A DNA stretch of 64,000 nucleotides. Source: Mantamonas sphyraenae STR306 (lineage: Eukaryota > Protista > CRuMs). This document shows positions 35,101 to 46,536 of this stretch, piece after piece (positions within the stretch are counted from its first letter, which is position 1; each line of letters begins with the position of its first letter). Made by a program: the position numbers and the translations under genes. Below the pieces are notes generated by a model. The model made no database searches. It worked only from the letters and a program-made list of their open reading frames with translations, and was not told the origin of the DNA. The stretch lies in the NCBI GenBank assembly GCA_026936335.1, contig JAPMXV010000049.1, positions 1-64,000 on the forward strand, read 5' to 3'.

Positions 35101-37502
35101 GTGACGTCCCCAGCTGTGATGCTTTGCTTGCCCCAAACCCTTTCGCCTTGACGCCCGTCCCGTCTTTCTTTGCTGCCCCAAAACGCGACTTTGGCTTCTC
35201 CTCCTTCGGCGGCTGTGACTCTCCCTCTGCACCGGCTTCCGATGCGTCGTAGTTGTCCTCATCGTCGTCGTCGGGCATCGGTGGCAACGGCGCGGCCGTG
35301 ACACTCTTGGCTGCTGCCCCGCCTCCCAGCGTCCCACTCGACTCTTTCTTCAGCCCAAACTTGCTTGTACGTGACGTCCCCAGCTGCGATGCTTTGCTTG
35401 CCCCAAACCCTTTCGCCTTGACGCCCGTCCCGTCTTTCTTTGCTGCCCCAAAACGCGACTTTGGCTTGTCCGCGGCTCCCTCGCCACCCCACTTGGCTGG
35501 CACGCGCATGGCAGACCTACCTTTGCTCGCAGGGGTTCCACTCGCTCCGTCTTTGCCGTTGGCACTGATGAACCGTTGAGGCTGCTCCTCTTGGCTGCCC
35601 CCGCGTGTACGGAACAGAGACCGTGTGACTTCGTCATCTTCCCCGTCGCCATCTTCCTCGTTCACCTCCTCTTCCTCCTCGGTGTCCTCGTCATCGGCCT
35701 CCTCCTCTCCGCTCATTTCCCTTTCTTCCTCCTCATCGCCAGACAATCCTTCCTTGCCTTTGTCCAAGCCATGTGACAGGCTCACAAACTGCAGCTTGCG
35801 TTCGGGCTCCAGCTCGTGAGCCGGGAAGGAAGGCGGCTCAACACCGTCCTCAAGAGGCACCTTGTCGCCGTCACAAAGGGTGTAACCGACTAGTTTGACC
35901 TTGATCCCATTGTCCTCTTCGTCATCGTCCTCGTCTTCGTCGTTCACGCAGAGGATCCAGGCAGATGGATGCTGAACATCGAGCCCAGGGGCCTTGGCCA
36001 TGGTCACAGCGACCCCCAAAGCCTGGTAGTCGGTCATCACTTCGCCAAAGCTCAGCGAAGGACTCAAGTTGCCCAACTCGTCGGTGAGGCGCATGGTCCA
36101 GGTCAAGCCTTGGTTGTTGGGCAGCGGAGCGGCCTCAACTAGACAAACCTTCTCGCTGTTGGACGCACTCACGACCAGTGCTTGCCATTTGGGCAGGGCA
36201 GAGATGTACAGCGAGCGCATGGCCATGTCACCGTCTTCCATGTTCTCCATCTGGCTGTCCTCGTCAAACTCGATGATCTCTCCCACCGGATAGCGAAAAC
36301 ATTGGTCGGTGCCGACTCGCAAAACCTCGCAGTAGGCAAACTGGCGGATCTCTTCGTCGTTCACCACCTCCTCCACTTGCCAGCTGACCATGGCGAAGGA
36401 GTTGTGGAAGCAGCAAATGTCTGGGCGTACGTTCACGTTGATGTTTTCCGGCGGCTGCAGGGTCATGGGAGTCCTCTTGGTGTCGTACAAATCCATGACA
36501 GTGACCATGCCGTCGTACATGACCAAGCAAAGCAGGCCGGTGCCCGGGTCGATGTCCACTGCGTGTGTTTCGTGGTGTTAGCTGTGTTCCGAAACACTCG
36601 CGCACCCTTCATGCCCACAGCTGTGGCGTGCGGTCCACATGTTCAACTCACGGCTGGCTACATCCTTTGCCACATCCTTCTGTACGCTCTTGTCCATGGC
36701 CTGCCACAGGTGCATCGTGCCGCTCTCGCTCAACATGCACAGATTCAGGGGGCGCAAAATCTCGGGGTCTCCCAGGCGCATGGTCCGCCATGCGGATTTG
36801 ATGATTCGTTCACCGATGTCCAGAACATCGATGGCCTGCGGGTGCGCGATATCGCGTGCTTGTGTGAGTGTATTGTGTGGCACGGGCTCACGCTGACGGT
36901 TTGGCGCGCTCTTGCACGCGCAGCGCCCGTCCTCCGGACCACCACAGCCCGGCTGTACCCGTACTCACCTCTGCATCGATGTTGGCTGCATCCAAAATAT
37001 GCACACTACCGTCCACCAGAGCCACCGCGAGCAGCGGTGTGGCTTGCTGGATCGGTGGCAGCGTGGGCACAATGCTCAGATGCACAACTTCCGCGGGCAT
37101 GCGCCGATCCTGTTCGCTCACGTCTGCCAACGCAGTAAGTTTCGCATCATCGTCGTCGTCGTCGTCGTCGTCCGACAGGTCGTCTGTGATCTTGCCACCT
37201 CCTCCGTCGTCGTCGTCGTCGTCTTCCGAGGGCGCTGGCGCCCCGGCGTACAGCTTGTCGACTTTGCACCAGTACAGCATGTCACCACACGCCGCAATGA
37301 GCACGTTGTAAAAGGGCATGGACACAAGCAGATTGCTGCGCGTCTTTTTGACCGTGTCTGGCGTGAGCATTGAATGGCGCCCTTCCGTGGTCACCTTGGC
37401 CAGCACACGCTGATCAAAAGGGAACCTCATGGACGATTCACGGCTTCGTTCGATGTCCACGCACGAAGGCAGTGGGTCATCCGGCCCTATGACTCTGGTC
37501 AT
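32165..37502 (-). CDS. Nup214/Nup159-like FG nucleoporin (N-terminal beta-propeller-like region, FG repeats, coiled coil, FG tail); introns near 36968-36888 and 36651-36561; possible extra 3' exon
   Basis: N-terminal SNLLVSMPFYNVLIAA and LLAVAL; many RFG/GFG/KFG motifs flanking a central coiled coil; GTGAGT donors join ORFs 36888-37691, 36578-36883 and 32165-36559. Confidence 0.6.
34435..35467 (-). repeat. 270-bp coding tandem repeat (~3.8 near-identical units, 90 aa each)
   Basis: Units start at 34443, 34713, 34983 and 35253 with only a few substitutions; a degenerate partial copy lies near 34317-34360. Confidence 0.97.
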
Positions 37503-37572
37503 GGTTTCCTTCGAGCGGCGTTTGCTTTGTGGTCTTTGCGCCGGCACCCCACCACAACCACAACCCGCAACC
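37503..37572. promoter_or_regulatory. Putative bidirectional promoter (70 bp) between the Nup-like gene and USO1
   Basis: Divergent ATGs; T-rich left side, TGCGCCG core, CCACAA-rich right side. Confidence 0.45.
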
Positions 37573-40500
37573 ATGGATTGGGGGCTCAGCTTCATCAAAG
37601 ATGTGCTTGTGCCTGTCGAGTCGGATCTGGACGAGCTCGACGATGCCCTGAACCGCATCGGCAACCCGGCCGTGATGACCGAAGCACGCATTCACTCGGT
37701 GAAGGAGATTCGGGACCTTTTGGCCTCCCAGCATCGTCTGGTAAGTGTTTTCTGACCGTGTGCTTGCCCATGGTGGCCATGGAATGGGATTTTTGATGCT
37801 GTCAGTCGTGTAGGGGTCCAGCGTTGCAGAAGGCGCCGAACGCTGACCCTCTCCCTCCTGCACTGTGCCGCCACGTCATCACATCTGCGCTCAAACATTG
37901 CACAGGAGGTTGGGCGAAAGGCTCTGCCTGTGCTCATGGATGCACTTGCGTCCGCAGACAACGACACAGACCTGGCCGAAAACATCCTGGAGACGCTGTG
38001 TGTGATGTTTGGCAAGGCGTCCGGTTCGACGAGCACCAGCGCCGCGCAGCAGGAGCAGCTGCAGGACGACCCATACGCCCCAGAGCAGCTGCGCTTGCAA
38101 ACACAGGCTGCCATGCAGCTGACCAACGAATTCATCGACACGGTGAGTGTGTGCTTGCGTGTGGCCAAGGGCTGGCCGCGGAAATGGAGAACGACGACGA
38201 CCCGCTCACCTCTCTTCTCACACCGCAGAGCGACGAGTACCTTGCGCTGGTGCTGAGCTTCCTCGCCTCGGAAGCCCTACATGTGCGCTACTACGCCATC
38301 CAAGTGCTGACCGAGCTGCTGGGAAACAACAATCCAGCTGTTCAAGACGCCCTACTGCGCGCATCCGCAGTCAACACGGTGGTCGACGTCCTCGGCGACA
38401 AGGAACTCATTGTGCGCAACGGTACGTGGTCGTTGGAGCGACTGGGGAAACTGGAGCACGCGTGCGTGCGCGCGGAGCTGACACGCAGCCGTCACCCATC
38501 CTCCCGTCTTCCCACACACACACACACAGAGGGACTTGTCTTGCTGCGCGAGTTCACCCTGGACAATCCAGAGATCCAAAAGGTGGTCGTTTTTGAAGGT
38601 ACCTTTGACAAGCTGCTGGATATCATTGAGATTGACGGATTCCTCGAGGGCGGCATCATTGTCAACGACTGCTTGCGCTTGATGGTGACGTTGCTGGAAG
38701 ACAACGCTTTGAATCTGATGCAGTTCCGTGACAACGGCCGCATGGCCAAACTGGTGAGTCTGCTGTCGATGGCCGACATCACGGAGGAGGATGTGCGCGG
38801 CGACGACTTGCTCGCGGACAATTTGCTCGTCAGCCTGTGTCTGGTCAGCCTGCTGGTGAGCGGTGATCACGCTAGCATTGCAGACAATCAGCAGGACATG
38901 GTTCGTGTGGGTCTTCTGGAACACTTGGTCGAACTGGCCGTTGCAAAGAGCCCAAGCCAGGCGAGTGCGGCCATCCGCACGCAGGCTGTGTGGACACTGG
39001 CCAACGTGTTGCGCGCCAATGCCGATGCCCAACAGATGTATCTGAATGCTACGGTGCATGCCGGCCTGCGTAGCCAAAGTGCCACGCTGGCATTGTTGCA
39101 AGATGCGCTGCGCAACAGCTCCTCTTCAGAGCTTGGCGAGCCCGACGGCTTTGCAGCCGCAGCCTATGCCTTCAAGTGCCTCATGGAAAACAACTCGGCC
39201 GCTCAGCAGATTGTGGCCGACGCCATGGTGCACGGGGACGGAGGCGACGCGCAGGACAACATCAGCGTTGGCCCCTTGCTCCTGGACGCCCTGCTCCAGT
39301 GGGAGAGCGGTGCGGGGCCCGTGGGATGCTTCTTTGCGTCGGATATGATTTGTAGCGTGCTTCAAGGCAATGCGGATGTGCAGATCATGCTGCTGGAGCC
39401 AAGGAGCGTGGGTGGGACGTCCGGGACACTGATTGACCAAGTCACGCGGGAACTGATCAAGGCACAGCGAGTGGGTGGACACGTAAGCGTGCAAATTGCG
39501 CTACTCAAGGTCATCTGCGTGTCCATGCACAAGTGTCCCAAGGCTGTAGACGCCTTCCTGTCCAGTCTGAAGCACTTTACGTTTCTGGTCGACGTAGTCA
39601 AACAGACTGGTCTGCACCCGGTGGTGCTCGGTTTGGCGTCGTTGGCGCTGGGCATTTGCTTGGACTCGAACAAGGACAACGGCCGTGCGGGCATGGACAG
39701 CCGCTCGCTGTTTGAGATCATCCGCCAGCAGCTGGGTCAAGCCGAATTTCTGGACCGGCTTGAGCAGCTGGAGGCACACCCCAGCTGCTCGGGTGTGCTC
39801 AAGGAAACGTCCGTGGCGGTGTCACCGATCATGTTGGTGGAAGAGTCGTTCGAGCCGGCGTGGTTTGACACCGCATACGCTGCGTTTGTCAAGGCATGCC
39901 TGGAAAGCATTAACCTGCGCATCCTGTCGCTGTACTCTGCACCGAGCGAGGGTCCTGGAACCAGCGGCAACAACGAAGCCGGGCAAGCAGCACGGCAGGC
40001 CAAGGGGGCAGCAGCCACACGGATGACGAGGGCGAGGTGGACAGCGCAGAGGTGAGGCGTCTACGCGATCTTGTGCGCAGCCGAGACGAGGAGCTGCAAG
40101 CGCTGCAGCGAAAGAATCTTGAATTGAAGCGCAAGGCCGACGAAGCGCAGGAGGCTCTGGAGAACGCACCGGCGGCGGCCAAGGATGACTCGGAGCAGTA
40201 CCAGCTGAAACGCACTCTGCGGGAAGCACGTGCCGAGCTGGATGTGGCCAAGATGCAGCAGCGGCAGAGCGAAGACAAGGTTGTCGCACTGAGCCAGGAG
40301 GTGAACACTCTCAAATCGCAACTGGAGGAGAGTGTGCCCAAGAGCCAACACGAAGAGCTGGAACAGAGGCTGAAGACAAGCCTGGGCGACTACGACAGCA
40401 TGTCGGACATGTATGTGGACCTGGAGCGGACATTCAACGAACAGGCAGCTGAGTTGGAGGCGCTGCGTGAGGCTGGCACGCAGGCGGGGGCTGATCAAAG

Positions 40501-40846
40501 CACAAGCACGCCAGGGCCTGTTGGGAGCCACACGGACGAAGAGTGGGACGCGTTGGTGGAGCAGCTTGAGGAAGCAAAGAAGCAAGCGGCAGCCAAGGAG
40601 GAGCAGGCGCACGATCTGGAGGTGCAACTGGGCGAGGAGCGCAACCGAGTGCAGGAGGCTCGCAGCGAAACCATCCGCTTGCAGTCGCAGCTGGGCACCA
40701 AGCAAGAGGAGCTGGACAGCCTCAACCAGGAGTTTGCGGACATGCTGGAGATCCTGGCAGACGACGAGGAGCGCATCCACAAGCTCGAAGAGGAAATCAA
40801 GGTGCTCAAGGAACAGGGTGCAAACGTGGACGACGTTCTTGACTGA
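37573..40846 (+). CDS. USO1: Uso1/p115 vesicle tether (introns 37741-37905, 38143-38228, 38422-38529; 1-bp frameshift at ~39982)
   Basis: ARM head: VRYYAIQVLTELL, IVRNEGLVLL, EIQKVVVFEGTFDKLLDII, EGGIIVNDCL, LGLASLALGIC. C-terminal coiled coil ending DMLEILAD..GANVDD. Confidence 0.9.
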
Positions 40847-40899
40847 TGTGTGCTTTGTTCGGCAACAATACACCCCACACAGTCACTCACTCACTCACC

Positions 40900-42124
40900 C
40901 TACGTGCGAATCCCGGGCGGCCTGGGACGCACGGAACTGCGAGGCGGTTGCGTGACGCCTACGCGGTCACGCTGAGTGCTGGAACTGCTGCCACGTGTGT
41001 TTCGATGATGATTATTGGACACATGAGCGCCAGAGCCAATGGGAGGGAAGCGGGTTTGCTGTGGCAGGCGCTCGTCTCGGCTGGGTGGCCGAGGCTGCGA
41101 AGAAGCAGGAACTCGAAAGGGCTTTCGCGTAGCCGTCTTGCTGGGCCGCGCCTGCTTGCGCGTGGAGAGAAGGAAGTCTTCCACCTCTGTGGCTTGTTTA
41201 AACACTCCCGGCACGGCACGTGTGCTGATGAGGTGGTGCGAGCGTTGGGCGATTTCGTTGAGCCTCGCTTCGTCGCGTGCCAAGCGTTCCTCCTAATGTG
41301 TGGGCGGTGCACGGATTGGGACCACGATGTGTCAGAGCGTGCACGAGTGTTGTACATGTGTGCGCATGATTGTGCGAGTGGATGTGCAGAGAAAGTGGCA
41401 GTAGGACGCCGAAGAGCGAACCAATTCGCAGCGCACAACGGTCGAAAGCTCACCTCTTCTTTGCGCAGGTTTTCTCGTTGGATGGCGTCTGCCTCTGCAA
41501 GCAGCATCATCCCCTGTGTGTAGATGTGTGTCGGGGGTGTGCCCACGAGGCGTATGCGAGTGTGTGTCAGAGCCATGCGCCTGGGCTGCGGGAGGGCCGG
41601 GATGTGGCCACGTACCGTCTGCTTGGCTGTGTTCAACATGTTCTTGCGCTCATAATAGTCGTACACAAACTTGCGGATCCACCAGCCGCGATACCTGTGG
41701 CGTGTGTGCAAGTTGTGGACCAGACGCACGTGAGAACAGCCATGCCCCAGAGCAGTGGAGGGGTGAGTGTTTGTCTCGTCGACTTTGGCACCTTCCGCCA
41801 CCGCTATCCTAAGAAAACCTACGCTGCCTGGATCAGGGTCGCATTGTACGCAAAATATTCTTGATCGAGCTCCCGTTGCCGGGCCTCGTACAGCTTCTGG
41901 AACGCCCGCCGCCCCAGAAAGCCTCGAAACACGCGTTGGATCTCCGCCGCCACGCTGTGTTCCCATTCCAGCTGTGCGCGCGCCGCCGTTCCGCGCCAAG
42001 ACGCCTGGATACGGATGGATGCCTCGTACTCCTCCTTGCGAAACGCCTCTGCCTCTTTTGTCCGCTCAAAGAACTCCTGGACGTTGGCGTCTCGAGTTTC
42101 CCACAACGAACAAAAGTGAGCCAT
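40900..42124 (-). CDS. SPATA17: SPATA17-like IQ-motif protein (introns ~41822-41694, 41614-41514, 41453-41293)
   Basis: Three IQ motifs (IQASWRG, IQRVFRGFLGR, IQAAYRGWWIRK), then DYYERK and SHHLISTRAVPGVF, characteristic of SPATA17. Confidence 0.85.
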
Positions 42125-42162
42125 CTCTTGGCAAGACCCGCGCCACATCGGCAAAGCATCGC

Positions 42163-45100
42163 TCACCGATCTTTCTTGCTTTGTTCCCCCACCGAATCAA
42201 TCTCACCAAGCGCAACACGGCGCAGATAGGCTGCAGATTCCTCGCCGCTCGCGTCGACGAGGCCCGAAAACAACGAGCCTGGATCGCTGAGCAACTCTCG
42301 CGGCGACGCATACTCGGCCACCTGGCCTGCATCCATCACGAGAATGCGATCGTAGTCGATGATGGTTGCCAGTCTGTGCGCAATGGAGATAATGGTGGCG
42401 TGGCCAAAGTGCTCCCGGATGGCCTCCTGGATCACCTCGTCGGTTTTCCGGTCCACACTTGCCGTCGCTTCGTCCAGCACAAGAACAGACGGTTTGCGCA
42501 GCAACGCGCGTGCCAAACACACCAATTGGCGCTGTCCCACGCTCAGGTTGGCGCCTCCCTCGTCAATGTCTGCATCCAGGCCACCCTCCATCTCGCGCAC
42601 GGTCTCATCCAGCTGCGCCTGCTGAAGAGCCGTCCAAAGCACCTCGTCGTCGTCCACGGTGCCAAAAGGGTCCAGATTCGAGCGTACTGTGCCTGAGAAC
42701 ACGACGGGGCTCTGCGGAATGATGCCAATGCGGCAACGGAATGCACCCAGCTTCAGCTGCGCCAGATCGACGCCATCCACACGAATGTGCCCGTGTCCGT
42801 CCTCCAGTTCGACAGTACGGAACAGCGCAGCCAATAGTGTGCTCTTGCCCGCGCCTGTGCGTCCCACCACGCCTATGCGCTCGCCTGCCTCGACGCGAAA
42901 ATTGGCGTCTCGAAGCGCGAGATCCAGGCCCGGTCTGTAGCGCAGCGACACGTGATCAAACTCGATGGCACCCCTATTGGGCCACTCTTCATCAGGGATG
43001 TCCCCTACAGTGTGCCGCTCGACGGGCACAACCTCCGTGTCGCTGTAGGTCGCGACGCGTTCCACAGAGTTGAAGTGGCGTTCCACCTTTGTGATTTCCG
43101 AACCGAAGCGATTGAGCATCAATCCCAGCTGCATGCCATACGTCAGCGAGAGGGCAGCCAGCGACGGACTGATGGCACGTGGGTTCACTGCAATCAGCAC
43201 AGCAAGCACGCCCTCGATCGTCGTGCCGATCGCCTCCAGACGAAATCCATACCAATGCGTGGCCGATCGCAGGGCCCAGAACGCTTTGAGGTTCTCCACT
43301 TGGTGGGCAATATTCTTTTCCAGAAACTGTGGCACCAGACCAAACGTCCGGATGGCGTGCTGCCCGTTCAGCGATTCGCTTACGTGGGCGATGAGCGGAG
43401 AGTTGCTGATCGACTCGAGCCTCTGCAGCTCAAGACTTGTTGCGCGAAAGTACTTTTGCAGATGGTAGAAAAAGGCCATGAGGATGGCCACAACAATGAG
43501 CAGAAGCGGGGACAGCGTGCACAGGATGATCAACAGCACCGTGATCTGCATCATGGTGGCAATGAACGGCAAGATGGACTGTGGCAGCAGTTGGTCGATT
43601 TCGTCCAAATCCTTGCTGAAACGGTTGATGATGCGCCCTTGCGGAGTCGTGTCAAAGAAGGCCATTGGCGCCGCGAGCACCTGGGCAAGCATGCCCTCGT
43701 GCAGCACCATCGAGCTTGTGTACGAGAACACCGCATGCACCAGCGAGCGTGCATAGATCAGTGCACACGCGACCACTGTGATCACCCCGTACACCACCAA
43801 GTAGACCTCGTCGGTCCACCCAAACGCATCTTCCGTCATCCTCGACAACCACCAGTCCGCGCCAATGCGCGTCACAATATCCACGAGCATCATCAACAAG
43901 AACGCGGCTCCCAGCCATCTTCGAGACTTGGGTGTGAAATACAGCAGGTAGATGCTCCACGGGATGCGTCCAGCCTTGCGTTCCTCTTCGGTCATCAGCT
44001 CGTCGTCGCCGCCCTCTGACGATTTGGCCTTGTCCAAGGGTCGATCAACCTTGCCTACACCTGCGCCTAGGGCTGCTGCGCCGCCGCTGGAACCAGAGCC
44101 TGCATCGACATCCAATTCTGCCTGATCCGTCACCTCGGTCGCCTCACGCTGATGCACCTGAAATTCGTCCATCAGCTGCGAAAACTCGCGCCCCGAATTG
44201 TTGAGCTCGTCAAACGTTCCCTGTTCCGCAACACAGCCTCCATGCATCATGACAATGTGGTCTGAGCGAGCAAGGTAGTCGAGTTGGTTTGTCACGAGCA
44301 CTCGCGTCTTGCCTGCAAGCAGCTTGCACACGACCTGCTCAAAGATGTGTGCCCCTACGTGGCTATCAACAGCAGACAATGGGTCGTCAAGCATGTAGAT
44401 GTCTGCCTCGCGGTACACGCACCGCGCAAGGGCAATGCGAGCCTTTTGGCCGCCGGACAGGGTGATTCCTCGTTCGCCAATCATGGTGCGGTCCCCCTTG
44501 GCCATCATCTCTAGGTCTGGCAGCAGCGAGCACGCTTGGATGACCGCGTTGTATCGCTCCTCATCAAACGAACTGAAGAAGAGGATGTTGTCCCTCACAG
44601 TGCCGTTCAAGATGAACGGCTGCTGCGCTGCCAGACTGACTGTCCCCCGCAGCAGCACCTTGCCGCGTTGCACCATCATTGTCCCGGTCAGGGCTGCCAG
44701 CAGCGACGACTTGCCGCTGCCCACCTTGCCAATCACACTGGTCAGGTCGCCCGCCTTGATCAGCACTGACACGTCACGCAGCGTGTTGGTCACCCCACGC
44801 TCTCCTTGCTGTCCCTGTTCGTCGCCTTCTTCCCCTTGTGCCGAGTCCTGTCCCTCCTTGCCTGGTTCAAGCTGCACAGTGACCGCGTTCAGGGGCGTTG
44901 TGTCCACCTCGTTCTCCTCCTCATCACTGGCCACGCTCTCGTTGTCCTCTTCACTGCCATGCCACTCTTCCAGAGCATCCGAGTGGATTTCCGTCACTTC
45001 CAACAGTTCCACACCAGGCACAGCTTCCATGACGTGGTTGGCTTCCTCGGCTTCCTGCGCCTGTGTCTCTGCTTCCGCGCCTTCCTGCAACTCCTTGGCC

Positions 45101-46416
45101 GAGCGACCCCACGAAACGTACGCGCCACAAAACGCAGCCGCGACTTGTTTCCCGTCGCCCGTGACAAGCTCTCGCAGTTCGGTTTCGTTGCGCAACTGCT
45201 GCGCGTCCCGTTCGTCTTGCCCGGGCTCTTCGTCCAGGACAAGAAATTGTTCGATTCGCTTGAGAGACACACGTGTTTGCGCCAGAATTGCCAGCACAAT
45301 GGGGAGCATAGCCATGGGCACACGCAAAATGGCGAGCATGGCCAGGGCGGCAAACGCCGTCGAGGCCGGCGGCATGGACCCAGTGTCGGCCACAAGTGAC
45401 GCAAACATGGCCACTGTCATAATCAATGGCGTGCCCACAATCACGGTGATCAGCAGACCGCGCTGGGTCATCGACTTGAAAATCGCCTCCATCTCCAAAC
45501 GCCGGCGGTCCGACAGTAGCTGGGAGAATGAGGCCTCCCACGCGTAGAACTTGATCACCTGGATGCTGAGAAGCACTTCGTTGATGAGACTGGTGCGCTT
45601 TCCCGTCTGCTTGAGCGACTCTCGGCGGAGGCCGATGAAGCGCTTGACCACGATGGCGTTCAGCGGTCCGGACAACACCAATATACCAAAGGCAACAAAG
45701 CCATACCAACCGACCAGGTTGATAAGCAGCACGAGCGCAACCACGAGCTGCACGGGTGCAAACATGCCCAGGTTCAGCCACTGGGCAAGCTCTCGCAAGC
45801 GCTGCGAATCGTTGGACAGCAAAGTGACCACCTCACCCGGTCCATGCACACGCTGCGCCTCTGTAGTCAGCCGAAAACTCTTGGAATAGATGAGCGTGAT
45901 GATCAACGTCCGCGCTTGCGAGCCGATCCGCCAGACCATCTGCTGGCTCTGAAAGTTGCAATACGTGCCGATGATGGGCACGAACAGAAGGAGCAAGGCA
46001 TACGTGATGCCTTCGTTGCCCACTGCGCCACGTTCGAGCCATTCGATGAGAACCTGCAGAAGCAAGGGGCCCGCGAAAAGCGAACATGCAGCCACACCGT
46101 ACGTGAGCACCGAGCGGACCCATGGCCACAGGAACGTTTTGATCAGCGCGCCCACAAGGGATGTCTGGCCTGGTTTCCAGTGCTCTCGAAAACGCTCCAG
46201 CACAGCTTGTGGCATGTCTTCGGAGTCGAGCTCTGGAAGATCCGGCTGCTCCAGAGGCCGCTCATAGCCGAGCTTGATGAGGTCGCCGATCCAAAGAAAG
46301 TGCAGACGCGAGAATATATTGGAGGTAAACTCCTTGCTTCGCCCTTGGTGGTCTACACCCATCGTGCAGCAGGTCCGAAAGTGTTTGGTGGGGCCGCGCA
46401 AGTGCAACTTTCCCAT
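42163..46416 (-). CDS. ABCC/MRP transporter, short form (TMD1-NBD1-TMD2-NBD2)
   Basis: GKVGSGKS, LSGGQKARI, LDDPLSAVD; GRTGAGKS, LSVGQRQL, LDEATA; FFDTTPQGRIINRFSKD. Confidence 0.95.
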   Translation of the reverse strand: MGKLHLRGPTKHFRTCCTMGVDHQGRSKEFTSNIFSRLHFLWIGDLIKLGYERPLEQPDLPELDSEDMPQAVLERFREHWKPGQTSLVGALIKTFLWPWVRSVLTYGVAACSLFAGPLLLQVLIEWLERGAVGNEGITYALLLLFVPIIGTYCNFQSQQMVWRIGSQARTLIITLIYSKSFRLTTEAQRVHGPGEVVTLLSNDSQRLRELAQWLNLGMFAPVQLVVALVLLINLVGWYGFVAFGILVLSGPLNAIVVKRFIGLRRESLKQTGKRTSLINEVLLSIQVIKFYAWEASFSQLLSDRRRLEMEAIFKSMTQRGLLITVIVGTPLIMTVAMFASLVADTGSMPPASTAFAALAMLAILRVPMAMLPIVLAILAQTRVSLKRIEQFLVLDEEPGQDERDAQQLRNETELRELVTGDGKQVAAAFCGAYVSWGRSAKELQEGAEAETQAQEAEEANHVMEAVPGVELLEVTEIHSDALEEWHGSEEDNESVASDEEENEVDTTPLNAVTVQLEPGKEGQDSAQGEEGDEQGQQGERGVTNTLRDVSVLIKAGDLTSVIGKVGSGKSSLLAALTGTMMVQRGKVLLRGTVSLAAQQPFILNGTVRDNILFFSSFDEERYNAVIQACSLLPDLEMMAKGDRTMIGERGITLSGGQKARIALARCVYREADIYMLDDPLSAVDSHVGAHIFEQVVCKLLAGKTRVLVTNQLDYLARSDHIVMMHGGCVAEQGTFDELNNSGREFSQLMDEFQVHQREATEVTDQAELDVDAGSGSSGGAAALGAGVGKVDRPLDKAKSSEGGDDELMTEEERKAGRIPWSIYLLYFTPKSRRWLGAAFLLMMLVDIVTRIGADWWLSRMTEDAFGWTDEVYLVVYGVITVVACALIYARSLVHAVFSYTSSMVLHEGMLAQVLAAPMAFFDTTPQGRIINRFSKDLDEIDQLLPQSILPFIATMMQITVLLIILCTLSPLLLIVVAILMAFFYHLQKYFRATSLELQRLESISNSPLIAHVSESLNGQHAIRTFGLVPQFLEKNIAHQVENLKAFWALRSATHWYGFRLEAIGTTIEGVLAVLIAVNPRAISPSLAALSLTYGMQLGLMLNRFGSEITKVERHFNSVERVATYSDTEVVPVERHTVGDIPDEEWPNRGAIEFDHVSLRYRPGLDLALRDANFRVEAGERIGVVGRTGAGKSTLLAALFRTVELEDGHGHIRVDGVDLAQLKLGAFRCRIGIIPQSPVVFSGTVRSNLDPFGTVDDDEVLWTALQQAQLDETVREMEGGLDADIDEGGANLSVGQRQLVCLARALLRKPSVLVLDEATASVDRKTDEVIQEAIREHFGHATIISIAHRLATIIDYDRILVMDAGQVAEYASPRELLSDPGSLFSGLVDASGEESAAYLRRVALGEIDSVGEQSKKDR

Positions 46417-46536
46417 CGGCCCAGAGCGTCGGCATCACCACGGCACACTTCCATACATCGTCTACAGTGTACGCCCGTGTCCAAAAAACAACTTCATTCA
46501 GTTGTCGTCGTGTTTGGGCACACATGACCCCATCTT

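Noticed and set aside
34435-35467. 270-bp repeats (and the 21-bp array at 3379) as a CRISPR array or mobile element
   Set aside because: No unique spacers, terminal repeats or transposase; both are in-frame coding repeats in a eukaryote.
39978-40040. USO1 split into separate head and coiled-coil genes
   Set aside because: Adding one G at the GGG (39981-39983) gives a continuous ASSTAGQGGSSHTDDEGEVDS linker.
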